The notes beneath the pieces were generated by a model. That model was not told where the DNA came from. It searched no databases and saw nothing but the letters and a program-made list of their open reading frames with translations. This document shows positions 12,504-23,328 of a stretch of 64,000 bases of DNA, piece after piece (the first letter of the stretch is position 1; each line of letters starts with the position of its first letter). Source of the DNA: a virus (taxonomy: Duplodnaviria > Caudoviricetes); IMG/VR virus record IMGVR_UViG_3300027974_001530; one strand, 5' to 3'. A program made the translations under genes and the position numbers.

Positions 12504-14585
12504 TTAAGAATCAAATCTACAATATTGGTCAAATAATGGGTCAGTTGTTAAATCAGGTTTATTAGCACTTACCCACTCGTCATATGAAAAAATTAATACT
12601 AAATCAACATCACTAGTGTTTGTGTAAGTAAATTTTAACATTGTCAAATCTTTTCCGTCTTTATTAACTTTTGTTTCTCCTTCATATTTAATGTCGGTAG
12701 CTAAAACTTTTTTCTTTATAAACTTAGAAATAACCGATTTTTCATATAACATTGTTTTAACTTTATCTATTTCGGCTGAAGGAACTTGTTGTTTAGTAAC
12801 AATAGGTGTTTTTGATCCTTCTTTAACAAAAACTATTTTTGATGGTATTGATGTTCTATCTGTTGTGTATGTACCATTTGAAGTATCATATGGTGTAACT
12901 GTTATTCCAGATATAACAGTTCTTGGGGATGAGTTATCCGTTGGGTTCTGAAAATAAGTAACATACGACTTGTTATCAACAGGGTGAAATATAAATTGAT
13001 CCATTACGATATCCGTCCAACCGTTTGAGTCTCTTAGATATTCTTTTAAATCTGCCTCAGAAACGTAAGCATAATCTTCAATCATTACGTCTATCATTTT
13101 CACCGCAGTTTCATAACCAATTCTTAAAATAGGTGCCGCCCCAAAAAGTCCGCCACCTAACATATCTTTACCGGTTTCATAACCAAGTCTCATTAAAAGT
13201 TCGCCACTTGTTTCACCAACTTTTGGTCCTTGATTGTACTCCCTAAGTTTATCGGCAAATTGTATTGTAAAAATAAGAGTGTTAAATCCCGCCCATCTTT
13301 TTAACATATCTTTAAATGTTCCAAATTTACCCGTATTTAAACTTTGACCAAATAATAGACTTTTAATTGTTGATATCCATTCTCCATTACTCATGTAAGC
13401 ATCCCACCCCATAAAGGACTTAGTATTAAAAAACCAATTACCTGACTTTTTAATGTCTTCAAAAACTGCGGTACTAATTGCATCAATATCCGACTCAGTT
13501 AAAGCCTTTCCTGTTCCAGCACCACCCCCAAGTTTTTTAAGTACTTGAGCGGTATTTGTGATTGTACCTTGTAAAGGTTGAAATTGTTCTCCAAGTTTGA
13601 TTCTATTTAAAAATTCATTTTCAATATTGTTCCAAAACTTATTGTATTTTTCAGGGTTTTTCTTTGCAATATTGTTTAAAATTCTACAAGCTCTTGTATC
13701 ACAACCAGCCAAACGTTCTTGAAACATTTTCTGAGCCTTTTGTTTTTGGTCTAATGGTATATCATTATTATTAATAACATCTTCAATCTCAAAATCTATT
13801 GTAATTGGTTCTTCTAAATCTCTTTTTAAAATAGTAAATTCCGCATCATCTATTAAGGCCATAATCTCATCTTCCTCTCTTGCAATAATATCAATATAAG
13901 AGTCAGGATCATTTTTTTCAAAGATTTCTTCTTGCAAATCGGCCAAATACTTCTTTACATTATCGGGAGCATCATCCGAAACTTTATTTAAATCTTGAGC
14001 TAAAATACCCCACATTTCTGGATTTGCATCAAAAATAGTAGATTTTTTAACACCACCTGATTTCTCAATTACCGCCAATAAATCTAATAAAGTTGCATTT
14101 TTATTATTAATTTGTACATTCTTAGACAACTGAACGGTTCTAAGCATTGACGCAACATCACCATCCATAGTTAAAAGAGTTTGTACATTAAGACCCGCCA
14201 ATCTTCTTTCTATATTTCTTGATGCCTTTGCTAATACTTTTTTTAAGTCATCACCACTATCTGTTAATGTTTTTCTTAATGATGCAACAACAAATGGATC
14301 AGTTAAATCACCAGCAATACGACCACCAAGTTCATTTTGAGCGTCTATAAGTTCCTTCATATAGATTTTTTCCTCATCGGCTAAGGTTTTATAGAATTCT
14401 GCCGCTTCTTCATTAGAATATCTAAAAAATTTCCTAACTAATTCTATCATTTCTTGTTTGGGACCTATAGCCGCCTCATTAATTAGTATTTTTTTTATTA
14501 AATTTCTTGATTCATTTAAAGGGTTAGTCTTAAACCCCATTAAATTTTTTATTCTGATTATTTCATTTATTTGATTTCTAACCAT
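12504..14585 (-). CDS. Large putative virion/ejected protein
   Basis: 693 aa; INEIIRIKNLM...LNE...LINE leader, Gly-rich hydrophobic segments. Confidence 0.85.
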   Translation of the reverse strand: MVRNQINEIIRIKNLMGFKTNPLNESRNLIKKILINEAAIGPKQEMIELVRKFFRYSNEEAAEFYKTLADEEKIYMKELIDAQNELGGRIAGDLTDPFVVASLRKTLTDSGDDLKKVLAKASRNIERRLAGLNVQTLLTMDGDVASMLRTVQLSKNVQINNKNATLLDLLAVIEKSGGVKKSTIFDANPEMWGILAQDLNKVSDDAPDNVKKYLADLQEEIFEKNDPDSYIDIIAREEDEIMALIDDAEFTILKRDLEEPITIDFEIEDVINNNDIPLDQKQKAQKMFQERLAGCDTRACRILNNIAKKNPEKYNKFWNNIENEFLNRIKLGEQFQPLQGTITNTAQVLKKLGGGAGTGKALTESDIDAISTAVFEDIKKSGNWFFNTKSFMGWDAYMSNGEWISTIKSLLFGQSLNTGKFGTFKDMLKRWAGFNTLIFTIQFADKLREYNQGPKVGETSGELLMRLGYETGKDMLGGGLFGAAPILRIGYETAVKMIDVMIEDYAYVSEADLKEYLRDSNGWTDIVMDQFIFHPVDNKSYVTYFQNPTDNSSPRTVISGITVTPYDTSNGTYTTDRTSIPSKIVFVKEGSKTPIVTKQQVPSAEIDKVKTMLYEKSVISKFIKKKVLATDIKYEGETKVNKDGKDLTMLKFTYTNTSDVDLVLIFSYDEWVSANKPDLTTDPLFDQYCRFDS

Positions 14586-14652
14586 GACTTTTTTATTTTA
14601 TGTTTTATATAATAAATATGTTCTTATTTAATAATGTAATTAAATAAGGATT

Positions 14653-17127
14653 TTAATTTTCTACTTTTTCTTTTATTTTTTTAAAATATTTAGTTTTTCC
14701 AAGACTATCTTTAAATGTACAATATTCATAGTTAGGATCATTTAACGTACCGATTTCGCTTGCCTTAGTAATTTCAGTAAAACCTGGTTTATTACAAGAA
14801 CTATTTTTAAAATCAGAATATAAAGTTCCGTATTGTGCCCATAAATTTTTCATTAATGGGTGAGACAAAAAGTCAGGATAATCAAATTTTGGTATATTTT
14901 GATTTATAGGGTTAAACCATTTTTCACATAAGATGTTTCCTACCGCCCTATTAGGGTTAGGTACGGTTAATCCACCATCTATACCCTTTACCCAAAATTT
15001 ATTTTTTTGAGTTTCTTTTGTAAAAGGTGAAGTAATTTCAATATTATAATAGTATTGAAATTTATCGTTATAATTTAAGTAAGCCCAATTTAAAAACTCA
15101 CATATTTCTGATTTACCTTTAAGTACTGATCCGTTGGCCGGATCTAAATCAGGTCTACTGTTAATAAGTGAGTTTTTTGCAATATTTGAGTCAAAAATAG
15201 GAACACTAAGACTATTTCTAGTACCTGACTGTACTTGTTCACATTGATTAATATAGTTTAATAAACTTATTTGATATGATTTATAAATTGTGTCCGATAA
15301 AAATCTTGTTGGGTCTACCGTTCCGGACGCTCCCATCCTACATAAATCTTTATATACTTTTAATAGTTCGTTTGTTTTAGAATAAAATAACTTCCAATTA
15401 TCAGACTCCGAAGCTTTCCCAATTTCATCTGTTAATTTTTTTATCTTTGTCTGTATTTGATTAGCAACTTTAGTCCCAAATAGTCTTTCTGATTCTGATA
15501 TTCCTTTATCCACTCTTGCTTTCATTTCTGATGGTTTACCCAATTCACTATCACTTGAGAAAAATACTGCGAATATTATTCCTGCCACTCCCGCCATACC
15601 AAGAGAAAAACCTAAATTTTTAGCGGTAGATGGCCAATGAGACGGCATCTTCTTAATAGATCTTTTTTCTACCGCATTTAAAAATTCATAAGCCTTTTCT
15701 ATGTTACCGCCTTTTGCGTTTAATAAGGCTAGTTCTAATCCAGAATAAATTTTTCTTTCTATAATCTTAGTTCCATTTCTTGCGGTTGTTTCAGCTAAAG
15801 GTAATGCTTTTGAAATATAATCATATAATGCAGGGTCAGTAACCTTCAATCCGTCAAGCCATTGTTTAAATTCGGCAGGAGTTTGCATACCACCCGACTT
15901 ATTTTTTCTAACCAAATTTTCTATTGCTTCATCAAAAGATGCGGGTTTTTTTAAAAATTTATTAAATCTTCCTAATTCACCAAATGCGGGTATTAAACAC
16001 ATAAAAAGTATTAATCCTGCTTGTGAATCCATACCCCTATCGTGAAGGTATATTGATTCAGGAACTCCAATAATTGCCTCAGTAAATACCACAACAGAAA
16101 CTCTTACTGCGGTTGATGCGGCGGCGGACAATGCCAAACCCTCTACGGCAGCGGCGGCTAATCCTCCTGTTAATACCCCTAATAAAATTGCAACCCCTAT
16201 AGTAATTAAAGTACCTGAACTTGAGTCATACCATTTATCAAAATCTGATCTTCCACCTTCTTGTTCTATTTTTGCCCAAGAATATTCTTCTATATTATTT
16301 AACGGAGAAGACGATATTAGGTTGGCCAATTTTTCATTTTTTTCATTTTCAATATTTTCTAGATCTCTGTTCAGTTTTGCCTCTCTTTCCATCTGTTGGA
16401 CATTATAAGGTTCGTATTCAGAATCAAAAACTTCTAATAACATATCATTTTTATTGTTTTTAGATTCTTGTATGTTTCCAACATTATTAATATAAAAATA
16501 TCCGGACGATTTAAAATTTGAATAAAGGTCCCACCCCCTATTTTCACTACTAATACTTCCAACAGAAATCAAACCTTCACTAGTTAATTGTAAAGTTTTA
16601 ATTGCTAAATTTGGGTCTTTTAGTTGGAATAGTAAAGTATAAATTTTATTCCCGTAAGCGTTTGGTTTATCACACTCATTAACTTTTTTAATTGAGAAAA
16701 TGCAGTTTGAAAATTGTTCAAACCATTCTTTTTTTGGTAAATATATCCTAATAGGGGAGTCTTTTGAAGGTTTTATATAAGTCCCGTCTTCATCCTCAAA
16801 TAAATCCTCACCTGGAACAAACCCCATTTTTTCTAATCCCATAATTTTCCATACAGGATCACTAAGATTAATTTTTGAATATGTATAACATTTCCCAACC
16901 ATCATATTAGGAACAAAATATCCCATAGGTATGTTATTTTTTCCCGTTTCTAAAAAAGTTTGTCTATTAAAAATACTGTCTTCAGGTGCAGTATTAGGAT
17001 TAAAGAAGTTCATAATGCCTTGAGCGGCAGATAATCCAGTTGGACCTACTCCAATTGGAAGTGCCTCATTAATAGTCATTAATGATTTAATATTTTCTAT
17101 TTCTTCGTTTAATTTATTTTTACTCAT
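14653..17127 (-). CDS. Large putative virion/ejected membrane-inserting protein
   Basis: 824 aa; LNEEIENIKSLMTINE leader; long Ala/Gly hydrophobic hairpin and a second TM segment. Confidence 0.85.
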   Translation of the reverse strand: MSKNKLNEEIENIKSLMTINEALPIGVGPTGLSAAQGIMNFFNPNTAPEDSIFNRQTFLETGKNNIPMGYFVPNMMVGKCYTYSKINLSDPVWKIMGLEKMGFVPGEDLFEDEDGTYIKPSKDSPIRIYLPKKEWFEQFSNCIFSIKKVNECDKPNAYGNKIYTLLFQLKDPNLAIKTLQLTSEGLISVGSISSENRGWDLYSNFKSSGYFYINNVGNIQESKNNKNDMLLEVFDSEYEPYNVQQMEREAKLNRDLENIENEKNEKLANLISSSPLNNIEEYSWAKIEQEGGRSDFDKWYDSSSGTLITIGVAILLGVLTGGLAAAAVEGLALSAAASTAVRVSVVVFTEAIIGVPESIYLHDRGMDSQAGLILFMCLIPAFGELGRFNKFLKKPASFDEAIENLVRKNKSGGMQTPAEFKQWLDGLKVTDPALYDYISKALPLAETTARNGTKIIERKIYSGLELALLNAKGGNIEKAYEFLNAVEKRSIKKMPSHWPSTAKNLGFSLGMAGVAGIIFAVFFSSDSELGKPSEMKARVDKGISESERLFGTKVANQIQTKIKKLTDEIGKASESDNWKLFYSKTNELLKVYKDLCRMGASGTVDPTRFLSDTIYKSYQISLLNYINQCEQVQSGTRNSLSVPIFDSNIAKNSLINSRPDLDPANGSVLKGKSEICEFLNWAYLNYNDKFQYYYNIEITSPFTKETQKNKFWVKGIDGGLTVPNPNRAVGNILCEKWFNPINQNIPKFDYPDFLSHPLMKNLWAQYGTLYSDFKNSSCNKPGFTEITKASEIGTLNDPNYEYCTFKDSLGKTKYFKKIKEKVEN

Positions 17128-18878
17128 TATCCAAATCTTTTAAAGTTAGTTCCACTATTGGACGGTAATATAAACCCTTGTTTTATTGAGTTTATCATTT
17201 TTTGATTCATCATTTCTACCGCAGCAATTTGTTCATCAATACTCAATTCACCTGTGACCTGTGTTTTTTGATCAGGTCCCTGTTTTCCCCAAAGTTCGGT
17301 GTGATCGTATTTTTTTAAACCATTATAATTTATTTCTTTTAATTTTTTTAATTCATCAACTGTTGCCGTATTAAAATTTAAAACTTTAATTGATTTCGGT
17401 ATTTTTTCAACACCAATTCGATATAAAGGTTTTGTTGCGGGATGTTTCTTTGGAGTACCTTTTAACCAAGACATAGATAATTTATCTTCTGTATAGGCAT
17501 TATCAAAAGCCTCAACTAACTCATCCCAAGCACCCGTAAACCAAGGTAATAAAATTTCTTTATTTGAGTTTACGTCATTTTTTATTACTTCTTGTTCACT
17601 TTTTACCCATATTAAACCATCCTCAAATTTTTTTTTATCAATAAAATCATCTATTTTAGGTTCATAAACTCTATTAATATAACTTTCTGTTCTATCATTC
17701 CATTCGTTGTCCAAACCGTATTTACCTGTGGAATCTTTTGTGTATAAATCCCCCTCAAGAGAATCATAAAAATCAACTTTAGATTTATAAATTAAATTCC
17801 AATCCACACTTAAATTTCCTTTTAATTTAAATTCCTGTAAAGATAAACCCATACTACTTGGTGATAACGCATTCGGTGGGTTATCCCAAGAATCTGTACC
17901 AAGACTACTATCTCTTAATATGTTCTCAACTTTTACAACTCCTGAAAAATTTGAGGCTTCACTTCCTGGTTTATTGCACTTGTTTGTATCAAATATACCT
18001 GTATATGGATCTTTTACTTTTGATTGACCTTCCTCAATATAACCAACAAACCTATTAAACCAAGGAAACCAATTGTCTGTCATACAACCAACATATGTTT
18101 TATCACCTTTTTTAAATTTTAATACGGAATTATTGTTAACACCTGTTGAAAATACAGACTGCCATGCATACCTTAAACATAAATTATAATCTATTGGGGT
18201 ACAGTCGGGGTCATATGTAAATTTGGTTAAATTATATGAATTTCCATTTTTTAATGTAATTGGATTTAGTAATTTCTTTTGATAAAGATATTCAACTTTG
18301 TTTTTATCTTTATCACTTACAACTTTTACTTTTTTTGATTTACATCTGGTGTTAGAGGATGACGAAACGTAATAATCCCAATCATCCGAATATCCAGCAT
18401 CATATTTTGGGTACCTTCCTGATAATTTCATACATTGTGAACCAAAATAATTTATGGCTTTTGATTCGTTATATGACTCATTAACTTTAGCCCACTCTAG
18501 TGGTGTTATTTTTGATTTGTTATAATCTTCTTGTGTTTGATATAACGTTTCATTAGGGACTACACTATTAATACTTATTAATTGATTTTGCATGGATTCT
18601 TTTGGTAGAGAGTTTGACTTATTTGTATTTTTCCAAGCAATATCTTTTAAAAAAGATCCTGAGATATTTTTAAAATTATCATCTTGGATTTTTTTCCAAT
18701 AATCCCCTTTATCGTAATATCCGGCATTTTCTAAACCTTTTTCAAGACCTTTACGTTTTAAATATTCGCTTTCATAGTCTTCAGAAATATTTAATAGTTT
18801 TTGTTCTGTCACATGTTTAGACCTATCGTAATTTATTAGTCTTAAAGAATTTAATATTATGTTGTCAATATTTTTCAT
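17127..18878 (-). CDS. Large hypothetical protein
   Basis: 583 aa; N-terminal LINYD..VTEQ..ISE leader-like segment. Confidence 0.85.
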   Translation of the reverse strand: MKNIDNIILNSLRLINYDRSKHVTEQKLLNISEDYESEYLKRKGLEKGLENAGYYDKGDYWKKIQDDNFKNISGSFLKDIAWKNTNKSNSLPKESMQNQLISINSVVPNETLYQTQEDYNKSKITPLEWAKVNESYNESKAINYFGSQCMKLSGRYPKYDAGYSDDWDYYVSSSSNTRCKSKKVKVVSDKDKNKVEYLYQKKLLNPITLKNGNSYNLTKFTYDPDCTPIDYNLCLRYAWQSVFSTGVNNNSVLKFKKGDKTYVGCMTDNWFPWFNRFVGYIEEGQSKVKDPYTGIFDTNKCNKPGSEASNFSGVVKVENILRDSSLGTDSWDNPPNALSPSSMGLSLQEFKLKGNLSVDWNLIYKSKVDFYDSLEGDLYTKDSTGKYGLDNEWNDRTESYINRVYEPKIDDFIDKKKFEDGLIWVKSEQEVIKNDVNSNKEILLPWFTGAWDELVEAFDNAYTEDKLSMSWLKGTPKKHPATKPLYRIGVEKIPKSIKVLNFNTATVDELKKLKEINYNGLKKYDHTELWGKQGPDQKTQVTGELSIDEQIAAVEMMNQKMINSIKQGFILPSNSGTNFKRFG

Positions 18879-19120
18879 AATAATGTATTCGCCTTTCCTC
18901 TTGTTATTTTATAAAGGTCTTTCCATTTAGACTTACTGTCTATTTGGTTGGCCACACTTCTTGCCAATCCTGTCTCCCATTTAGTTACAGTAGGGTATGG
19001 TGCTGAGGATCCTCCTCCACCTCCACCTCCGGCTTCATCTTGTTCTCCTAATTCTCCATTCTCAGAAGAATCAAAAGTATAATCAGACATTAATCTCATT
19101 ATTTGATTTAAGTCGGTCAA
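18875..19120 (-). CDS. Hypothetical protein
   Basis: 81 aa; poly-Gly linker, KWETGLARSVANQ. Confidence 0.75.
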   Translation of the reverse strand: MTDLNQIMRLMSDYTFDSSENGELGEQDEAGGGGGGGSSAPYPTVTKWETGLARSVANQIDSKSKWKDLYKITRGKANTLL

Positions 19121-19422
19121 AATAAATCAGATTTAGGTAATTTATTGGGATAAACAATGTAATACTCATTTAAATAGGCCAATAACATTTCTTCATCTAC
19201 CGTAGCAAAATCATCAAAATCTTCATCAAAATCTTCATCTTCATCTAAATCAAAAAAATTAGAATCTTCGGTTATAATGTCATAACCAAATTCTTTTGCT
19301 TCTTCTAATTTTAGAACATCATGTCTTATCTCATCTTCAGAATCTATCGTTAATCTAAATGAAACATCAAGTCTTTTTGTGTCTTGATCAAAATAATATG
19401 ATGAGATTTCTTTTATTTCCAT
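19117..19422 (-). CDS. Acidic hypothetical protein
   Basis: 101 aa; translationally coupled to its neighbours. Confidence 0.8.
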   Translation of the reverse strand: MEIKEISSYYFDQDTKRLDVSFRLTIDSEDEIRHDVLKLEEAKEFGYDIITEDSNFFDLDEDEDFDEDFDDFATVDEEMLLAYLNEYYIVYPNKLPKSDLF

Positions 19423-19871
19423 TAATTATATTTTTTAAACCTTTTAAACATATTTAAAGATTCATGAACATTATCTTTTAAAGGCTCTTGTTCGTCCTCA
19501 TCAATTTCAGTATATAAATCAAACTCATTAATTTCTTCACCTAATTCATCTTCTGAAGACATTAATTGGTTAACCCAATCAGTATCATCCTCATCTTTAT
19601 AATCGTTAAAATCTAAACCAATATTACGTTTTAACCCTACATTGTCAATAGGTATATTAGTTTCGTTAATATTAACGTTAGTGTAGTTTTTAACAACACC
19701 TTTGTTTGATACTGTAATTCCATTTTTGTCATTTGCAAAATCTTGGACGTATAGTGGTTGATTATTTATTGATTGACCGTACTTGGTAACAAAACCATCA
19801 TAAACTGTCTTATGTTTATCTAAAATGTTTTGTTTTTCTTGTTTGTTAATATTTAAAAAGTAATTTCCCAT
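19422..19871 (-). CDS. Hypothetical protein
   Basis: 149 aa; EKQNILDKH leader-like start, repeated INE. Confidence 0.8.
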   Translation of the reverse strand: MGNYFLNINKQEKQNILDKHKTVYDGFVTKYGQSINNQPLYVQDFANDKNGITVSNKGVVKNYTNVNINETNIPIDNVGLKRNIGLDFNDYKDEDDTDWVNQLMSSEDELGEEINEFDLYTEIDEDEQEPLKDNVHESLNMFKRFKKYN

Positions 19872-19897
19872 AATTTAATTTTATTATAAATACTTTA

Positions 19898-20608
19898 TTA
19901 ACGCATAAATTTACTACCACCTTTCATTTTGGCATATAGTTGAAATAGGTCAGTCGCATCTTGCTGAACTTTTCTTTCCAAACCTCTCATATTATCTGCA
20001 CCAGTTACGGAATAGGCACCTCTAATGATCATGTTCTTGATCTTATCTGAATTTTCAAGAACATAATCATAATTTTCTTGTCTTTCCTCACTATCAAAGT
20101 CTTCAAAGTAGTGTTGGTGATAAATTCTATCTCTACCCATATATAGGTATGGTGAAGACCCATTCATATTTACAATACTAGAGATTCTAAGAGCCTCTAA
20201 ATATTTGTATATTTCGGCAATATTATATAACTCAGATAACCTTACAAACTCTTCAGGTATTTTTTTTTTTGACTCTTTTATAATCTGACCTTTTGTTAAC
20301 GTTATAAAATTTTCCTCTATTCGATCTTCATTTGAAGACTCGTCATACTCTTCGTCAACGATTCTAAACCAATTATCCAACCTTTTACCTGTTTCAGGAT
20401 TAATATCATCAATTAATGATAATGAACCAATAACAGTTCCATTAGGTGTTTTCCACTCAACGCCATAAATTTTACTTCCTTGTACGTTACTAACAAATTT
20501 AACCTTACCCATCATTGATGGAGGTATTTTATAAGGATCGGTCATACTTATTAACTGAACCGAGTCGCCAACTTCCAAGTCAGCATTTAACAATTTTTTC
20601 TTTCCCAT
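19898..20608 (-). CDS. Hypothetical protein (N-terminal DUF4314-like SH3 barrel possible)
   Basis: 236 aa; VGDSVQLISMTDPY...GKV motif. Confidence 0.8.
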   Translation of the reverse strand: MGKKKLLNADLEVGDSVQLISMTDPYKIPPSMMGKVKFVSNVQGSKIYGVEWKTPNGTVIGSLSLIDDINPETGKRLDNWFRIVDEEYDESSNEDRIEENFITLTKGQIIKESKKKIPEEFVRLSELYNIAEIYKYLEALRISSIVNMNGSSPYLYMGRDRIYHQHYFEDFDSEERQENYDYVLENSDKIKNMIIRGAYSVTGADNMRGLERKVQQDATDLFQLYAKMKGGSKFMR

Positions 20609-20643
20609 ATAAATAAATATTACGATATATTTATTAATTAACC

Positions 20644-21264
20644 ATGAATATAATAATTACGGAATCTCAATATAAATATATTTTACTCGAGGAGTCAAGC
20701 AACGGTATTATAAAAACTTTAAATGGTTTAAAATCATTCACATCTAAAGTACTTAAAACCTCCGAAAAACAAATTGGTTTTGATCTTGGATTTTTAATAA
20801 CTTGGGGGTCGACCATTGGTGGATTTATTGGTCCTATTTCTGATTTTGTTAAAAACGAGTCTGTAAATATTAATGATACGGATCTTTTTTTAATATTAAG
20901 TGGTGTTATATTGACTTATTTTTCATCAAATAAACAAAAATTAAATAAGGTTTTATTGGCAATAAAAGATCGTGGATTAGTTAATCTATTTGATAAAACT
21001 TTATCTAAATCTGAAAATTTAGAAAAAGTATTTTTATCGTTTATTGATAGTTTAGGTATTACAACACATAAAATAAGTAATATGATTGCTTATGCGTTTC
21101 TAATACCTATAATACCACAATTATATGAAATATCTCTTACAAATATGGGTGAATCAGAAATTAACGAATTAACAAAAAGATTAGTTTCATTTGGTGGAAT
21201 AACAATTTCTGGTGTGGTTGTAAGAGAATTAATTAAAAAAATAATAAATAGATTTAAATCTTAA
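20644..21264 (+). CDS. Membrane protein with IIITExQ leader
   Basis: MNIIITESQYKYILLEE leader and several hydrophobic helices. Confidence 0.85.
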   Translation: MNIIITESQYKYILLEESSNGIIKTLNGLKSFTSKVLKTSEKQIGFDLGFLITWGSTIGGFIGPISDFVKNESVNINDTDLFLILSGVILTYFSSNKQKLNKVLLAIKDRGLVNLFDKTLSKSENLEKVFLSFIDSLGITTHKISNMIAYAFLIPIIPQLYEISLTNMGESEINELTKRLVSFGGITISGVVVRELIKKIINRFKS

Positions 21265-21265
21265 T

Positions 21266-21676
21266 TTAAAATTTATTATTGGGGTCAATAAATAGACCAA
21301 AAGATAACTTTTGGATCTCTGAAAATTTATAAGTTATTTCCGATAATAAAACCCCTCTTGTAGTATTCCCATTTACTATGTCCAATTTTGAGGTTACTTC
21401 AAATCTTGACCCATTTATAATTTTATCGTTATAGTTTTTAATGGTGTCAGCAAGAGAATCTATATAAAAATCACAATCATCACAATCAATAGATTTTAGG
21501 TCTATGTTAAAAATTAGTTCATGAAAAATATCAAGTTTTTGATCATAAGAATAATCATCTAATTCTATTTTAACTCCCTCATTTCCAAATTCAGATAATA
21601 ATTTAGATCTTATTAATACTAATCTTTTAATGTCTTCTATTTTTTGTATGTATTTTTGTGGAAATATTCTTGCCAT
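21266..21676 (-). CDS. Hypothetical protein
   Basis: 136-aa ORF. Confidence 0.75.
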   Translation of the reverse strand: MARIFPQKYIQKIEDIKRLVLIRSKLLSEFGNEGVKIELDDYSYDQKLDIFHELIFNIDLKSIDCDDCDFYIDSLADTIKNYNDKIINGSRFEVTSKLDIVNGNTTRGVLLSEITYKFSEIQKLSFGLFIDPNNKF

Positions 21677-21677
21677 T

Positions 21678-22274
21678 TTATTTGTTATTCATTAATATAT
21701 TTATAACATCTTCCATTTCTTTATTACTTAATCTATGAATATCTTTGTGTTTATCAAACCAGTTTTTAACCACCATTTCATATGGTTTTTTTGCGATTTT
21801 TGATAATCTCTTGAACCCAAATACTTGAGCATCAATTTCATGTGGTTGTGTGTAATATTCGTAAGGATCCTCTTCTTCAGGACCATCTAAATCAAAAGTT
21901 TCTTTATTTCTTTGATCAATATGTCTTATTTCATGAGCAACCACTTGGTTTAACTCACCAACTAAATCATATAGTATTTTATTTTTTACATCAGGATTAT
22001 AATCTATTATAATTTCTATTATATCATCACTACCCCAGTAATTTCCATCAACGATAAAATCATCAACATCAAAGTTGGGGTTTATAATCACTTCAACGGA
22101 TAAGTTGTTTTCAAAATTAGTGAAATTATAAAAATCTTTATCATCATTTATGTAGTTGGGTAAATAAAATTCACCGTCTTCCTCTTGTTTAAATACTGAG
22201 ATGATATCTTTTACAATAACTCTTATGACTTCCCTACGTCTATTGTTCTCAAGTAACAGATCATTATATTTCAT
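21678..22274 (-). CDS. Putative zinc metallopeptidase
   Basis: AHEIRH (HExxH) plus downstream EIDA; start moved to MKYNDLLLE. Confidence 0.7.
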   Translation of the reverse strand: MKYNDLLLENNRRREVIRVIVKDIISVFKQEEDGEFYLPNYINDDKDFYNFTNFENNLSVEVIINPNFDVDDFIVDGNYWGSDDIIEIIIDYNPDVKNKILYDLVGELNQVVAHEIRHIDQRNKETFDLDGPEEEDPYEYYTQPHEIDAQVFGFKRLSKIAKKPYEMVVKNWFDKHKDIHRLSNKEMEDVINILMNNK

Positions 22275-22371
22275 ATTAATAAATATTAGTGTTGATTGTA
22301 TTTTTAATAATACGTATTTTTTTATAGAAGGTAAATTAATGAAACTATTAAACAAATAGAAAGTACTAAAA

Positions 22372-23328
22372 ATGAAAAACAAATTTGATTTCGAAGACAT
22401 CACACTTATCCCACAATTTAGTTATGTGGATAGTAGGTCTGAATGCAACACAACTTGTGAGTTTGGTAAATTTAAATTTAAATTACCTGTGGTTCCTGCA
22501 AACATGGAAAGTATAATAGATGTTAGTTTGGCAATTAAACTCGCTGAGGAGGGTTATTTTTACATTCTACATAGGTTTAATATTGATGAGGTTGAGTTTG
22601 TTAAAACAATGAAAGAACTAAATCTTATCTCATCAATTTCTATTGGTGTGAATGATGACTCATATGGGTTAATTGATTATTTGGCATCGAAAGACCTTAT
22701 CCCTGATTTTATTACAATTGACATTGCACACGGACATTCAATTAAAATGAAAAAAATGGTCAGTTATATTAAAAATAAGATGTCTGATGTTTTTCTTATT
22801 GGTGGTAATGTTTGTACTCCTGACGCAGTTAAAGATCTAACAGAGTGGGGATGTGATGCAATTAAGTGTGGAATTGGTGGTGGGTCAGCCTGTACTACCT
22901 ACCATTCAACAGGATTTGGCAATCGAGGGTGGCAAGCAAACATGATTGAGTGGTGTAGTAGAGAGTCAAAAGTTCCAATAATTGCGGATGGATCAATTAA
23001 AGAACATTCTGATATTGTTAAAAGTTTGGTTTTAGGGGCGTCTATGGTTATGGTTGGGGGTATGTTTGCCGGTTATGACGAATCTCCAGGAAAACTGATC
23101 GAGAGTGGTGATTCTTTATTTGTTGAGTTTTGGGGTAGTGCCTCCTCATCTCAGACAGGCAAAACCAACAGAATAGAGGGTATTAGAAAATTAATACCAT
23201 ATAAAGAGAAATCAATTTTTAGTAAATTAAATGATATACAGGAGTCTCTACAAAGTGCAATTTCTTATGGGGGAGGAAACCCAAAAACTTTAGATTGTTT
23301 AAATACAGTAGAATACGTGATTAAATAA
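22372..23328 (+). CDS. guaC: GMP reductase (type 2)
   Basis: FKLPVVPANM, IDIAHGHS, GIGGGSACTT, IIADGSI, LQSAISYGGG; short IMPDH/GMPR barrel without CBS domains. Confidence 0.92.
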   Translation: MKNKFDFEDITLIPQFSYVDSRSECNTTCEFGKFKFKLPVVPANMESIIDVSLAIKLAEEGYFYILHRFNIDEVEFVKTMKELNLISSISIGVNDDSYGLIDYLASKDLIPDFITIDIAHGHSIKMKKMVSYIKNKMSDVFLIGGNVCTPDAVKDLTEWGCDAIKCGIGGGSACTTYHSTGFGNRGWQANMIEWCSRESKVPIIADGSIKEHSDIVKSLVLGASMVMVGGMFAGYDESPGKLIESGDSLFVEFWGSASSSQTGKTNRIEGIRKLIPYKEKSIFSKLNDIQESLQSAISYGGGNPKTLDCLNTVEYVIK

